A stretch of DNA of 64,000 nucleotides from an uncultured Alphaproteobacteria bacterium. GTDB taxonomy: Bacteria; Pseudomonadota; Alphaproteobacteria; Rhizobiales; Xanthobacteraceae. The stretch covers positions 89,747 to 153,746 of the forward strand of contig CAVULS010000004.1 in assembly GCA_963742385.1 (NCBI GenBank). The letters run 5' to 3'. The notes under the pieces were generated by a model. That model saw only the letters and a list, made by a program, of their open reading frames with translations, was not told the DNA's origin and made no database searches. The position numbers were made by a program, and so were the translations under genes. This document shows, one piece after another, positions 22,534 to 34,240 of the stretch (within the stretch, counting starts at the first letter, position 1; each line of letters starts with the position of its first letter).

Positions 22534-23322
22534 GGCGATGCCTCGGCCCTAGTTGTTGCCGACCGGCTGCGCCGCCGCCTGCTTCGGGGCTGCGCGGCTG
22601 CGCGCGCAAATTCTTTTTCAGGTGGCGCGTGCTGTAGCCGTTGAACAGATGGCCGATCAGCCCGCGGTCGAGGTCGGAGGTGCCGAACAGCCAGTCGGCG
22701 ATCGGAAACGTGAGGTTCATGTTCACTTCCATCATCAGCCGCGCATTGTGGTGCGCGGTGTGATGGCGGCGCAGCGTATTGACCAGCGGGAAATGCTTGA
22801 CGAACCAGCCTTCGTCGACGTGGCAGCAGAAGTGCATGAATTCGTAGATGAGATACATGCCGGTGGTCACGGTGATGAACAGCCAGCCGACATTCGGCGA
22901 GAAGATCAGCCCGAGAATGAGCCGCCGGCGGAATCGACATCAGCGTGAACATCACCAGCGCGTAAGGCGGGAACACGGTGACGCGCCAGTCCTTGTCGTC
23001 GCGGAAGCGCATTTCCTGGTCGCTGAAGAACTGATGGTGGTTGAGCGTGTGCCGCTCATAGACCGCGCGCAGGCCCTTGATGTTGACCGGCCGGTGCATG
23101 ACGAAGCGGTGCACCGCCCATTCGAAGATGTTGGTGAAGAGGAAGGTGAGCGGCACCGTGAGCCACTCCACCAGGCTCACATTGTGGATGTGCGAGATGT
23201 AGACATAGAGCACGGCCGCGCCCATGGCGTAGATGAGCACGATGTGGAAATAGCCGTTGTACCAGCCGACGAATGCGCGACCGGTACTCGTTGCGGAAGT
23301 CGATCTGCCGCTGCGAGATCAT
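22523..23322 (-). CDS. Fatty acid hydroxylase/sterol desaturase family protein (frameshifted)
   Basis: His boxes HRFVMH, HTLNHH, HFCCH, HHTAHH across three ORF pieces. Confidence 0.85.
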
Positions 23323-23404
23323 GGCCGGCCCCTTTGGTTTCGCCCCGTCCCGATTTTTTTGATTGGCACAAATTTATCACGGCAGGCCCGTCACGCAACG
23401 CCGT

Positions 23405-23701
23405 TCAGCGCTCGAGCCCGTGCAGCGCCGCGTCGACGTCAGCACCACTGAGCCGCCAGTCATTGTCGAGATTGGCCACGATTTTTTTCATGAACGGCTC
23501 GGAAAGCCGGATGGCCTTGTCGTTGTCGCCGAGATAATCGGCGAGGATGGCCAGCGCCAGCTGGCGCGGGCTGTCGCCCTCATAGGTCCATTCAAAGCCG
23601 AACTTGGTGAAACGCTTGACCTCGTAGTGTTCGCCGAGCGGCTTGCCGTCCACGGTGACGACGAGGCCGTCGATGGTGCGCTTGCCTTCGTAGGTTTTCA
23701 T
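23405..23701 (-). CDS. Small hypothetical protein (DUF6166-like)
   Basis: GFEWTYEGDSPRQLALAILAD motif; GGAG SD before the ATG. Confidence 0.7.
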   Translation of the reverse strand: MKTYEGKRTIDGLVVTVDGKPLGEHYEVKRFTKFGFEWTYEGDSPRQLALAILADYLGDNDKAIRLSEPFMKKIVANLDNDWRLSGADVDAALHGLER

Positions 23702-23774
23702 CGCCGGCACTCCGCCTTCATTAGAGGAGCGGGCAACGGCGCGGTCAAGCAAAGCGCATTTTGCGGTGCGAACG

Positions 23775-25087
23775 CTAGTGCGACACGTCCAGCATGGTCG
23801 AGGGCAGCCACAGCGCCAGGCCGGGGAACATCGCCACCAGCACCACGGCGAGGCACATCAGGAAGAACAGCGGCAGCGCATAGGCGCCGATGGTGAAGAT
23901 GTTGCGCCCGGTCATGCCCTGCAGGACGTAGAGATTGAAACCGACCGGCGGCGTGATCTGCGCCATCTCGACGACGAGCACGATGTAGATGCCGAACCAG
24001 ATGAGGTCGAAGCCGGATTTCTCCACCAGCGGGATGATGATCGAGGTGGTGAGCACCACCATGGAAATGCCGTCGAGGAAGCAGCCGAGCAGGATGTAGA
24101 ACGCCGTGAGCACGCTGAGCAGGCCCCAGGCCGGCAGGTGGAAGTCGCCGATCCATTCGGCGAGCGCGATGGGGATGCCGGTAAAGCCCATGGCGGCGGT
24201 GAGGAAGGCGGCGCCGGCAAGGATGAAGGCGATCATGCAGCTGGTGCGCGTGGCGCCGAGCAGCGAGTCGGTAAAGCCTTGCCGCGTCAGCGTGCCCGAC
24301 CACCACGACAGGAACAGCGAGAGGAAAACGCCGACCACCGCCGCTTCGGTCGCCGAGGCCAGCCCGCCATAGATCGAGCCGATGACGCCGAGGATGAGCA
24401 GCGTCACCGGAATGAGCCGCCGCGACGCCTTGACGCGCGCGAGCAAGGGCACGTAGCGGCTCCGGCGGCGGCATGCGCTCGTTGTTGATCAGCGCCCAGA
24501 CGACGATGAAGCCCATGAACAGGCCGGCCAGCATGATGCCCGGCATCACGCCGGCGATGAACAGCCGCGCGATCGATTGCTCGGTGACGGTGGCGTAGAT
24601 GATGAGGATGATCGAGGGCGGGATCAGCAGGCCGAGCGTGCCGGAGCCGGCAAGCGTGCCGATCGCCATTTTCTCGTCGTAGCCGCGCTTGAGCAGTTCG
24701 GGCAGCGCGATGCGGCCGATGGTGGCGCAGGTCGCGGCCGAGGAGCCCGACACCGCGGCAAAGATGGCGCAGCCGACGACGTTCACATGCAGCAGCCGAC
24801 CGGGAAGCTTTTGCAGCCAGGGCGCCAAGCCCTTCGAACATGTCGTCGGACAATTTGGTGCGATAGAGGATTTCGCCCATCCAGATGAACATCGGCAGCG
24901 CGGTCAAATCCCACGAATCCGATGCCGCCCACATCGAGGTGGCGAGCACCTGTCCGGCCGGGGTCGCGACCTTGGTCATCACCGCGGCAAAGCCGCAGAC
25001 GGCGAGCGCCAGCGCAATCCACACGCCGGAGCCGAGCACCGCGAACAGCAGCAGCATCAGCAGCAGCGAGAGCTCGATGACGTTCAA
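23775..25087 (-). CDS. dctM: TRAP transporter large permease (frameshifted)
   Basis: FAAVSGSSAAT, GTLGLLIPPS, ATEAA, AQITPPVGFNL over three frames. Confidence 0.92.
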
Positions 25088-25090
25088 GGA

Positions 25091-25650
25091 CTAACCCTCT
25101 TTCCCCAACGTGATGGCATCCTCGGCGGCGCGGAAAGTCGGGCGGCCGCGCATGAGCACGATGACAAGCTCGTCGAGCAACGCGACGGTGAGGATCAGCG
25201 TGCCCAGCGCCATCGAAGGCCTGCGGATAGCCGAGCGGCACCTTGATGACGCCGGTCGAGATTTCATTGAAGCGGAACGACACCCAGGCGAAGTTGCCGA
25301 GGTGCCAGGTCATGTAGCCCGCGGCGAAAGCGGCAAAAGCGAAGGCCCAGATTTCAATGATGCGCCGTGCGCCTTCACTCACCGCGCCGAGCAGCATGGT
25401 GACGCGGATATGCACGCCGGCTTTGAGCGTGCCGGCGAGCGCCATGAAACTCGCGGCGGCGAGCAGATAGCCGCAGATCTCGTCGAGCGACAGGATGACG
25501 AAGTCGGTGCGCGGCAGATGCAGCAGCGCCAGCGTGCCGTCGAGAAGTCGCGCCGGCAAGCTGCGCGCCGACCAGCAGCGCAATGGCGACGAGGCAGAGC
25601 GCCGACAGCCACAGCGCGACGCGATAGAGCGTGTCGAGAAAGCGGCGCAT
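25091..25650 (-). CDS. dctQ: TRAP transporter small permease (frameshifted)
   Basis: MRRFLDTLY, DEICGYL, GVHIRV; between dctP and dctM. Confidence 0.88.
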
Positions 25651-25652
25651 TT

Positions 25653-25778
25653 TCTTCTTCACCTCCCCCTCTGGCGGGGGAGGTCGACTGCCGCAGGCAG
25701 TCGGGAGGGGGCTCTATTGGAAATGCGAAACAATCGTCTTCCCCCTCCCCAACCCTCCCCCACAAGGGGGAGGGAGCA
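25653..25778 (+). repeat. Palindromic element, family IV
   Basis: CACCTCCCCC..GGGGGAGG...CCCTCCCC..GGGGAGGG; colinear with 28287-28412 and related to the reverse complement of 43734-43848. Confidence 0.92.
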
Positions 25779-25824
25779 GTCTGTGCTCGTCGGCTATGCT
25801 GTACTTCCAATCGTAACGCCGGTG

Positions 25825-26800
25825 CTATTTCCGATACGCCGCGAGCATCGCGGCGCCATCGGCGCCGGCCGCTTTCTCCCATTCGGCGGCGATGGTGTCG
25901 CCGATCTTGGTGAGGCCGGCCTTAAACTCCGGCGTCGGCGCCGTCACCTTGATGCCGGCCGCCTTGAGCGCCGCGGTCTTGATCGTCATTTCCTCGATCG
26001 ACAGTTTCCAGCCGCGCTCCTCGGCGACCTTGGCCGCGTCGGTGACCGCTTTCTGCTCGGCCGGCGTGAGCTTGTCGAAGGCCTGCTTGTTCACGAACAC
26101 GATGTTGCGCGGCTGCCAGGCCTGGGTGTCGATGTAGTTGGTGAGGTAGTCCTGCGCCTTGGAGTCGACGCCGGTCGAGGCCGACGTGATCATCACGTCG
26201 ACGCGGCCGGTGGCGAAGGCTGTCGGCAGGTCCGGCACCTCGATCTGCGTCGGGATGGCGCCGGCGAGCGCGGCGATGCGGCCGATCATGGCGTTATAGG
26301 TGCGGAATTTCATGCCCTTGAGCTCGTCGACCGACTTGATTTCCTTTTTGGCGTAGAAGCCCTGCGGCGGCCACGGCACGGAATAGAGCAGCATCAGTCC
26401 TTCCGAGGCGAGTTGCTTTTCCAGATACGGCTTCTGCGCCAAGTAGAGCTTGTGCGCGGAATCGTAGCCGGAGGTGAGGAACGGCACCGAGTCGAGCCCG
26501 TAGACCGGCGCCTCGTTGGAGGCGAGCGACTCGAGGATTTCGCCGATCGGCGCGGTGCCCTGGCGGACCGCGCGCTTGATCTCCGGATGCTTGAACAACG
26601 AGCCGGCCGAATGCACCGCGATCTGCAGCGAGCCGTTGGTCGCCTTGGCCACGTCCTGCGTGAACATGGATCACGTTTTTGGTGTGGAAATTGCCGTCCG
26701 CGTAAGGCGTCGGCATGTCCCATTTGGTTTGCGCCGAAGCTGCGGTGGCGACGCCGCCGGCGAGCAGAATTGCAGAAACCGCACGCAACACCCTGTTCAT
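25825..26800 (-). CDS. dctP: TRAP substrate-binding protein, likely pyroglutamate (frameshift near 26670)
   Basis: Signal peptide, WDMPTPY, PEIKRAV, DSVPFL, PWPPQG, KFRTY, TGVDS; resembles Bordetella DctP6/DctP7 from recollection. Confidence 0.9.
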
Positions 26801-26919
26801 TTTGCTTCTCCTGTCGCGGGTTCCGTCGCCCCGCATTGTTGCCTTGTTGAACACTAGCAGCCGTCGCAGTCCGTTAAAACGTCACTCCATTGGCAGGCTG
26901 GCGAATATTTCGGCACTCC

Positions 26920-27450
26920 TCACAAACTGGCGGCCGCCCGCGCGGCCTGGTCGTAATGGCCGGACAATGCGCGCATCAGTCCGGCGATTTCCGACAGGCG
27001 GCGCTCGTCGGCGCCGGCGCCCTTGACCGGCTGCACCAGCAGCGTCTCGCGTATTTTGCGGTATCGTTGCACGATCTCCTCGCCTTTGGCCGTCAGGCTG
27101 ACGGTTTTTTCACTGCCGCGACGACCGCTGGTCAGGAGCTTGTGCGCGTCGAGTTTCTTGAGCGAATAGGTGACAAGATGGGTGTCCTCGATATTGAGGA
27201 CGAGGCAAATATCGGCGACGCGCTTCGAGCGCGAGCGATGGGCGATGGTATGCAGAACAAGCACGTCGAGCGGAGAAAGGTCGGGCACGCCGGCCGCCGC
27301 CATGCAGCGCACCATCCAGCGCTCGAAGGCGTGGCCGAGCAGGATCAGCCCGAATTCGAGCTCGGACAAAGCCGGCATTGCCCCCGAGGCGAGATGCGCC
27401 GAGGAAACGATCGGTCCGAGCACGGCGTCCATGCGTGGTTTGGCCATCAT
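26920..27450 (-). CDS. MarR-family winged-helix regulator
   Basis: IVSSAHLA, SELEFGL, LNIEDTHLVTYSLKKL, SGHYDQAARAAASL; divergent from the oxoprolinase. Confidence 0.85.
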   Translation of the reverse strand: MMAKPRMDAVLGPIVSSAHLASGAMPALSELEFGLILLGHAFERWMVRCMAAAGVPDLSPLDVLVLHTIAHRSRSKRVADICLVLNIEDTHLVTYSLKKLDAHKLLTSGRRGSEKTVSLTAKGEEIVQRYRKIRETLLVQPVKGAGADERRLSEIAGLMRALSGHYDQAARAAASL

Positions 27451-27492
27451 CCCCGCCCCTCGCGAGGTTTGCCCGCGGAAGCTAACCGTTGC

Positions 27493-27518
27493 CGATAAAT
27501 TGTCAACGATTTATTGAC
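27493..27518. promoter_or_regulatory. AT-rich inverted repeat, candidate MarR operator
   Basis: CGATAAAT-TGTCAACG-ATTTATTG and overlapping GTCAA-CGATTTA-TTGAC between divergent genes. Confidence 0.6.
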
Positions 27519-27564
27519 GTTTTTTCGGCGCTGCTTTATGGCTGCGCTTGAGGGGACATCGACG

Positions 27565-30500
27565 ATGGCGGCAGCGGCGCAAAGCTGGGATTTCTGGATC
27601 GACCGCGGCGGAACCTTCACCGACATCGTCGGCCGGCGGCCCGACGGCACGCTGACCGCGCACAAGCTGCTCTCCGAGAATCCGGAGGCCTATGCCGACG
27701 CCGCCGTGCAGGGCATCCGCGACCTGCTGGGCTTGAAATCCGGCGAACCGATCCCGGCCGGCCGCGTCGGCGCGGTGAAGATGGGCACCACGGTTGCCAC
27801 CAACGCGCTGCTCGAGCGCAAGGGCGAGCGCACGCTGCTGCTCATCACCAAGGGATTCCGCGACGCGCTGAAGATCGGCTACCAGGCGCGGCCGAAGATT
27901 TTCGCCCGCCACATCATCAAGCCGGACATGCTGTTCGAGCGCGTCGCCGAAGTGGACGAGCGCGTGCGCGCCGACGGCACGGTGGAGCGCGAACCCGATC
28001 TCGCCGCGGTGCGCGCCGATCTCGAAGCGGCGCACGCGCCGACGGCATCGCCGCCGTCGCCATCGTGCTCATGCATGCCTATCGTTTTCCCGAGCACGAG
28101 AAGCGCGTGGCGCTGATCGCGCGCGAGCTCGGCTTCGCGCAGGTCTCGGTGAGCCACGAAGTCTCGCCGCTGATCAAGCTGGTCGGCCGCGGCGACACCA
28201 CCGTGGTCGATGCTTATCTGTCGCCGATTTTGCGGCGCTATGTTTCGGCGGTGTCGCGCGATTTGCATGCAGGCCGCGCTGCTCTGTCTTCTTCACCTCC
28301 CCCGCAAGCGGGGGAGGTCGGCGCGCGCAGCGCTTCGGGAGGGGGCTCATCTCTAAATGCAAAGCAAGCATCCGCCCCCTCCCTGACCCTCCGCCGCAAG
28401 CGGGGGAAGGAAAAGAAAGAGCAAGCGGCGCACGACGCTATCCGCCTCATGTTCATGATGTCGTCGGGCGGCCTGACCGCGGCCGAATTGTTCCAGGGCA
28501 AGGACGCGATCCTGTCGGGACCCGCGGGCGGCGTGGTCGGCATGGCGCAGACCGGGCACGAGGCCGGCTTCGACCGGCTGATCGGCTTCGACATGGGCGG
28601 CACATCGACGGACGTCTCGCATTTCGACGGCGAATACGAGCGCGCCTTCGAGACCGAAGTCGCCGGCGTGCGCATGCGCGCGCCGATGATGCTCATTCAT
28701 ACCGTCGCCGCCGGCGGCGGCTCGATCCTGCATTTCGACGGCGCCCGCTTTCGCGTCGGTCCGGATTCGGCGGGCGCCAATCCCGGGCCGAAGTGCTACC
28801 GCCGCAACGGCCCGCTGGCGGTCACCGACGCCAATGTGATGGTCGGCAAATTGATCCCGGATTTCTTCCCGAGGATTTTCGGCCCGTCGCAGAACCTGCC
28901 GCTCGACGCGCACGCCGTGCGCAACGCCTTCACCAATCTGGCGCAGGAAGTCGGCGACGGCCGTAAGCCCGAAGAGGTCGCCGACGGCTTCATCAAGATC
29001 GCGGTCGAGAACATGGCCAACGCGATCAAGAAGATCTCGGTGCAGCGCGGCTACGACGTGACCCGCTACGCGCTCAACTGCTTCGGCGGCGCCGGCGGCC
29101 AGCACGCCTGCCTGGTCGCCGACGCGCTGGGCATGACCAAGGTGCTGATCCACCCGTTCTCGTCGCTGCTGTCGGCCTACGGCATGGGGCTCGCCGACAT
29201 CCGCGCGACGCGGCAGCAGGCGATCGAGTTGCCGTTCGGGCCGAAATCGCTCGCCGCCGTCAAGCGCATCGGCGCGCGGCTCGGCAGCGCGGCGAAGAAG
29301 GAAGTTGTCGGCCAAGGCGTGCCGGCGGCAAAGACCAAGAGTCATCGTCCGAGCGCATATCCGCTACGCCGGAACCGACACGGCGCTGGTGGTGAAGGCC
29401 GGTTCGCTTGCGACGATGAAGCGGGCCTTCGAGGCCGCGCACAAGGCACGGTTCGGTTTCGTCGATCGCAGCAAGCAGATCGTGGTCGAGGCGGTTTCGG
29501 TCGAAGCCGTCGGCGGCGGCGCCAAGTTCCGCGAGAAGGCCGTGCGGCTGTCACGGACGAAACTGCCGCAACCGGCGCGGCGCACGCAATTCTTCTCCGC
29601 CGGCGAATGGCACGCCGCCAATGTCTATACCCGCGACCAGCTCAAGCCCGGCAGCAAGGTGAATGGCGCCGCCATCATCATCGAGCCGCACCAGACCATC
29701 GTCATCGAGGCCGGCTGGCAGGTGGAGGTGACGCGGAAAAATCATCTGGTGCTCACGCGCGCCAAGAAGCTCAAGCGCGCCCACGCCATCGGCACCCATG
29801 CCGATCCGGTGATGCTGGAAGTGTTCAATAACCTGTTCATGTCGATCGCCGAGCAGATGGGCGTGTCGCTGCAGAACACCGCCTATTCGGTGAACATCAA
29901 GGAGCGCCTCGATTTCTCCTGCGCGGTGTTCGCGCACGACGGCACGCTGGTCGCCAACGCGCCGCACATGCCGGTGCATCTCGGCTCCATGGACCGTTCG
30001 GTCGAAACCATCATCCGCGACAATGCCGGACACGATCGCTCCCGGCGACGTCTATGCGATCAACGCGCCCTATAACGGCGGCACGCATCTCCCCGACATC
30101 ACCGTGTGCACGCCGGTCTTCGACGACAGGAAGAAATCGATCCTGTTCTGGGTCGCCTCGCGCGGCCATCATGCCGATGTCGGCGGCATTTCGCCCGGCT
30201 CGATGTCGCCGAATGCGACGACCATCGAGCAGGAAGGCGTCTACATGGACAATTTCAAGCTCGTCGATCGCGGCCGCTTCCGCGAAAAGGAGCTGATGGC
30301 CGCGCTCACCGGCGCCAAATATCCGGCGCGCAATCCGGTGCAGAACATCAACGACGTGAAGGCGCAGATTGCCGCCAATGAGAAAGGCGTCGCCGAGCTG
30401 CGCAAGATGGTCGATCAGTTCACCCTGCCCGTGGTCAGGGCCTACATGCAGCACGTGCAGGACAATGCGGCGGAAAGCGTGCGCCGCGTCATCGACCGCG

Positions 30501-31334
30501 TGCACGACGCCGAATATTCCTACGAGATGGACCAGGGCACCTTCATCAAGGTGAAGATCACCGTCGACAAGAAAAAGCGCGAAGCGACCGTCGATTTCAC
30601 CGGCACCTCGCCGCAGCAGCCGACCAATTTCAACGCGCCGGAGCCGGTGACGCGCGCGGCGGTGCTCTACGTGTTTCGCGTGATGGTCGACGACGACATC
30701 CCGATGAATGCCGGGTGCCTGCGGCCGATCAACATCGTCATTCCGCCGAAATCGATGCTGATGCCGGAATATCCGGCCGCCGTGGTCGCCGGCAATGTGG
30801 AGACCTCGCAGGCCGTCACCAATTGCCTGTTCCTGGCGCTCGGCGCGCTCGCCGCGGCGCAAGGCACCATGAACAATCTCAATTTCGGCAACACCAAATA
30901 CCAGTACTACGAGACCATCTGCTCCGGCTCGCCCGCCGGGCCGGGTTTCAATGGCACCGATGCCGTGCACACGCATATGACCAATACGCGGCTCACCGAC
31001 CCCGAGGTGCTGGAGTTCCGCTATCCGGTGGTGCTGGAGGATTTCCACATTCGCACTGGCTCGGGCGGCCGCGGCAAATGGCACGCCGGCGATGGCATCC
31101 GCCGCACCATCCGTTTCCTCGAAAAGATGGACTGCACGATCCTGTCCGGCCACCGCCGCGTGCCGCCGCCCGGGCTTGCCGGCGGCGAAGCGGGCCAGAT
31201 CGGCGAAAACGCCGTGCGGCGCAAGGGCGGCCAAGTGGAAAAGCTGCAAAGGCTGCGACGAAACCACGATCGACGCCGACGAAGCGGTGATCATCCAGAC
31301 GCCGACGGCGGGGGGTTACGGCAAACCCGGCTAG
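27565..31334 (+). CDS. oplA: ATP-dependent 5-oxoprolinase (fused hydantoinase A/B); about 4 frameshifts; carries an in-frame repeat
   Basis: [87 protein letters not shown]. Confidence 0.93.
28287..28412 (+). repeat. Family IV palindromic element in-frame inside oplA
   Basis: Shares TCTTCTTCACCTCCCCC, GCGGGGGAGGTCG, TCGGGAGGGGGCTC, AAATGC, CCCCCTCCC at identical offsets with 25653-25778. Confidence 0.92.
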
Positions 31335-32932
31335 TGTCCGCCGCCTGCCCCGGCAGGCGCCGCCGGCTTCTTCATGATGATGCCGATCGCGGCGAGCGAG
31401 AGGAACAGAACCGTCAGCATCAGGAACACGTCGGCGAAGCTCATCACCATCGCCTGCTTGCGCACCAGTCCCATCATCGTCTTCAGCGCCATCAACTGCG
31501 CGTCGGAGCCCTGGAAGCGCGAGGCGATGTGCGACAGCGTTTCCCGCGCGGTGCCGTTGGTCCAGTTCACCGACTCGTGCAGGCGCGTGAGATGCAGGTC
31601 CATGCGGTCGTTGAGCACCGTGTTGATCGCGGCGAGGCCGATGGCACCGCCGAGATTGCGCATGAGGTTGAAAAGGCCGGAGGCGTTCTTCATGAGCTGC
31701 GGCGCCAGCGTGCCGAGCGCGGTGTTGGTCACCGGCACGATCGCCAGCATCAGCCCGACGCCGCGGAAGATCTGCGGCCACAGCAGTTCCCAGAAATCCC
31801 AATCCTGGGTGACGAAGGTCATCTGCCAGGTGCCGACGGCGAAGAACACGAAGCCAGCCATCAGCACGTAGCGCGGATCGAGCTTCTGGCTGAGCTGGCC
31901 GGCGATGGGAGCGGTGGCAAACATCGCCATGCCGGAGACGAACATGGTGGCGCCGATCATGCGCGCGTCGTAGCCGCGGATTGCCGCGAGATAGACCGGA
32001 TAGACGTAAGTGAGGCCGTAAAGGCCGATGCCGAGGACGAAGGAGAACAGGCTGCCGACGGCGAAGTTGCGGTTGGCAAAGGCGCGCAGGTCGACGATCG
32101 GCGACCGCGTGGTCAGCACGCGGGCGAAGAACACGACCGCGGACAGCGCCGAAATGATAGCGAGCAAAGTGATGGTATTGTCGTCGAACCAGTCGTAGCG
32201 CGGGCCCTCCTCCAGCACATATTCCAGCGCGCCAAGGAAGCCGGCCATGGAGAGAAGGCCCCACCAGTCGAAATTCTTGAGCAGCGAATGGTCCGGCTTG
32301 TCGAAGTCGACCAGCACGATGGTGGCGACGGTCACGACAATTCCCGGCACGATGTTGATGAAAAACAGCCAGTGCCAGGACAGCACGTCGGTCACATAGC
32401 CGCCAATGGTCGGGCCGACAGTCGGCGCCAGCGTGGCAATCAAACCGACGACCGGCGCGATCATCTTTTGCCGCGGGCCGGTGAAGATCAAATAGGCGGT
32501 GGCAAACACCGTCGGCACCATGCCGCCGCCGATGAAGCCCTGCAGCGCGCGCCAGACGATGATCTCGTTGATCGAGGAGCTCAAGCCGCACATGACGCTG
32601 GCAAGCGTAAAACCGGCGGCAGACACGGAGAACAGCAGCCGCGTGCCGAGCGCGCGCGATAGGAACCCGGAGAGCGGGATCGCGATCACTTCGGCGATCA
32701 AATATGAAGTCTGCACCCAGGGAATTTCATCGGCCGAGGCCGACAGGCCCGCCTGGATCTCCGCAAGGGAGGCCGAAACGATCTGGATGTCGAGGAACGC
32801 CATGAACATGCCGACGCACATGGCGATGAAGGCGATGAGCTTGCGGGTCGACAAACTATCCACGCTCCCGGCCCCACCAGTCGGGGAACGGGCGGAGACC
32901 GGAAGCGTGGCTGTGGCGGTGAGCGAACTCAT
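31331..32932 (-). CDS. emrB: DHA2-family MFS efflux permease
   Basis: FMAFLDIQIV, WVQTSYL, GPTIGG, WHWLFFINI, NLMRNLGGAIG. Confidence 0.92.
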   Translation of the reverse strand: MSSLTATATLPVSARSPTGGAGSVDSLSTRKLIAFIAMCVGMFMAFLDIQIVSASLAEIQAGLSASADEIPWVQTSYLIAEVIAIPLSGFLSRALGTRLLFSVSAAGFTLASVMCGLSSSINEIIVWRALQGFIGGGMVPTVFATAYLIFTGPRQKMIAPVVGLIATLAPTVGPTIGGYVTDVLSWHWLFFINIVPGIVVTVATIVLVDFDKPDHSLLKNFDWWGLLSMAGFLGALEYVLEEGPRYDWFDDNTITLLAIISALSAVVFFARVLTTRSPIVDLRAFANRNFAVGSLFSFVLGIGLYGLTYVYPVYLAAIRGYDARMIGATMFVSGMAMFATAPIAGQLSQKLDPRYVLMAGFVFFAVGTWQMTFVTQDWDFWELLWPQIFRGVGLMLAIVPVTNTALGTLAPQLMKNASGLFNLMRNLGGAIGLAAINTVLNDRMDLHLTRLHESVNWTNGTARETLSHIASRFQGSDAQLMALKTMMGLVRKQAMVMSFADVFLMLTVLFLSLAAIGIIMKKPAAPAGAGGGH

Positions 32933-32942
32933 GACACTCAAC

Positions 32943-34227
32943 TCACCGCCGGGTCTGATTCGGGGAAGCTTCGGCCGCGTTGGCACTGAACCACGTGCTG
33001 TTGTCAGCGACGGCCTGTTGCGGCTTGGTGTTGACGTCGACGATGACGGACATGCCGGGCCGCAGCAGACGCTGGTCGGTGATGCTCACCGGCAGGCGGA
33101 TGCGCACCGCGAGCCGCTGCACGATCTTGGTGAAATTGCCGGTCGCATTATCCGGCGGCAGCAGCGAAAACACCGAGCCCGAGGCCGGCGACACGCTCGC
33201 CACGGTGCCTTTGATATCGTGGCCGGGCAGCGCATCGACGCTGACGGCGACCGGCTGGCCGGGCCGCAGGCGCGATAGCTGCGTCTCCTTGAAATTGGCG
33301 TCGATATAGACGCCGGTCAGCGGCACCAGGCTTGCCAGCCGCGTGGCGGTCTTCACGTAGTCGCCGACCTGCGTGCTGCGGTTGCCGATGACACCGTCAA
33401 TCGGCGCACGAACAATCGTGAACGAAAGATCGCGCGCGGCCTTGGCCTGCGCTGTCTGCAGCTCCTGGAGGGTCTGAGCCGCTTCTTTCTGCTGCGCGCG
33501 CAGCACATCGACGTTTGCGACAGCGGCGTCGATTGCCGCTTGCGCGCTTTGCACGGCGGCGGCCGCTTGATCGCGGTTGGCGCGCGCCTGCTCCAGCGTC
33601 TGCTGGCTGGCGAATTCCTTGGCCGAAAGCGCCTGTTGCCGTGCGAGCTCGGACTGGGTCCGGGTCGCCGCGGCTTGCGCCGATACGAGCTGCGCCCGCG
33701 TCTGGGCGACGGCGGCCTGCTGCGCCGTAATCTGCTCGCCGATGCGCGCGACGGTCGCGCGTTGAGTCGCTACTTTGTCGCGCGCCGAATTCGAGCGCCA
33801 GGCGATAGTCGCCATCGTCGATGCGGGCGATAACGTCACCGGCATGCACATAGGCGTTGTCGGCGACGTCGACGCTGGAGATGTAGCCGTCAACCTTCGC
33901 AGCGAGCGTGGTGGCGTCGGCGCGCACATAGGCGTCGTCGGTCGAGACGATGAAGCGGCCGGTTGTCAGGTAGTCGTAGCCGTAAGAGCCGGCCGCGAGT
34001 AGCGCGGCAACGGCGGCGCCGACCAGGGCGCGCTTGCGCATCGCCTTGAAGCCGGTTGCGAGCTTGGCCTTGACGCCAGAGGCGGGCGCTTCCGCGGCAC
34101 GGGCTTGCGGGGCCTCAGGCTGGGGCTGCGAAGCTTCCCCCGGGGGCCCCTGCTCCGTGCTCTGCTTGTCGGCGTCCGGAACGAGGCTGAAGCGCGAGGT
34201 GTCTCTGGTTTTTGTGCTCTGCAACAT
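32943..34227 (-). CDS. emrA: EmrA/HlyD membrane fusion protein (frameshift near 33790)
   Basis: STDDAYV, RAPIDG, ANFKETQL, FSLLPPDNATGNFTKIVQR. Confidence 0.92.
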
Positions 34228-34240
34228 GGCAAATCTCCGA

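Noticed and set aside
23363-23378. TGGCAC as a sigma54 promoter
   Set aside because: No TTGC at -12 and no gene downstream on that strand
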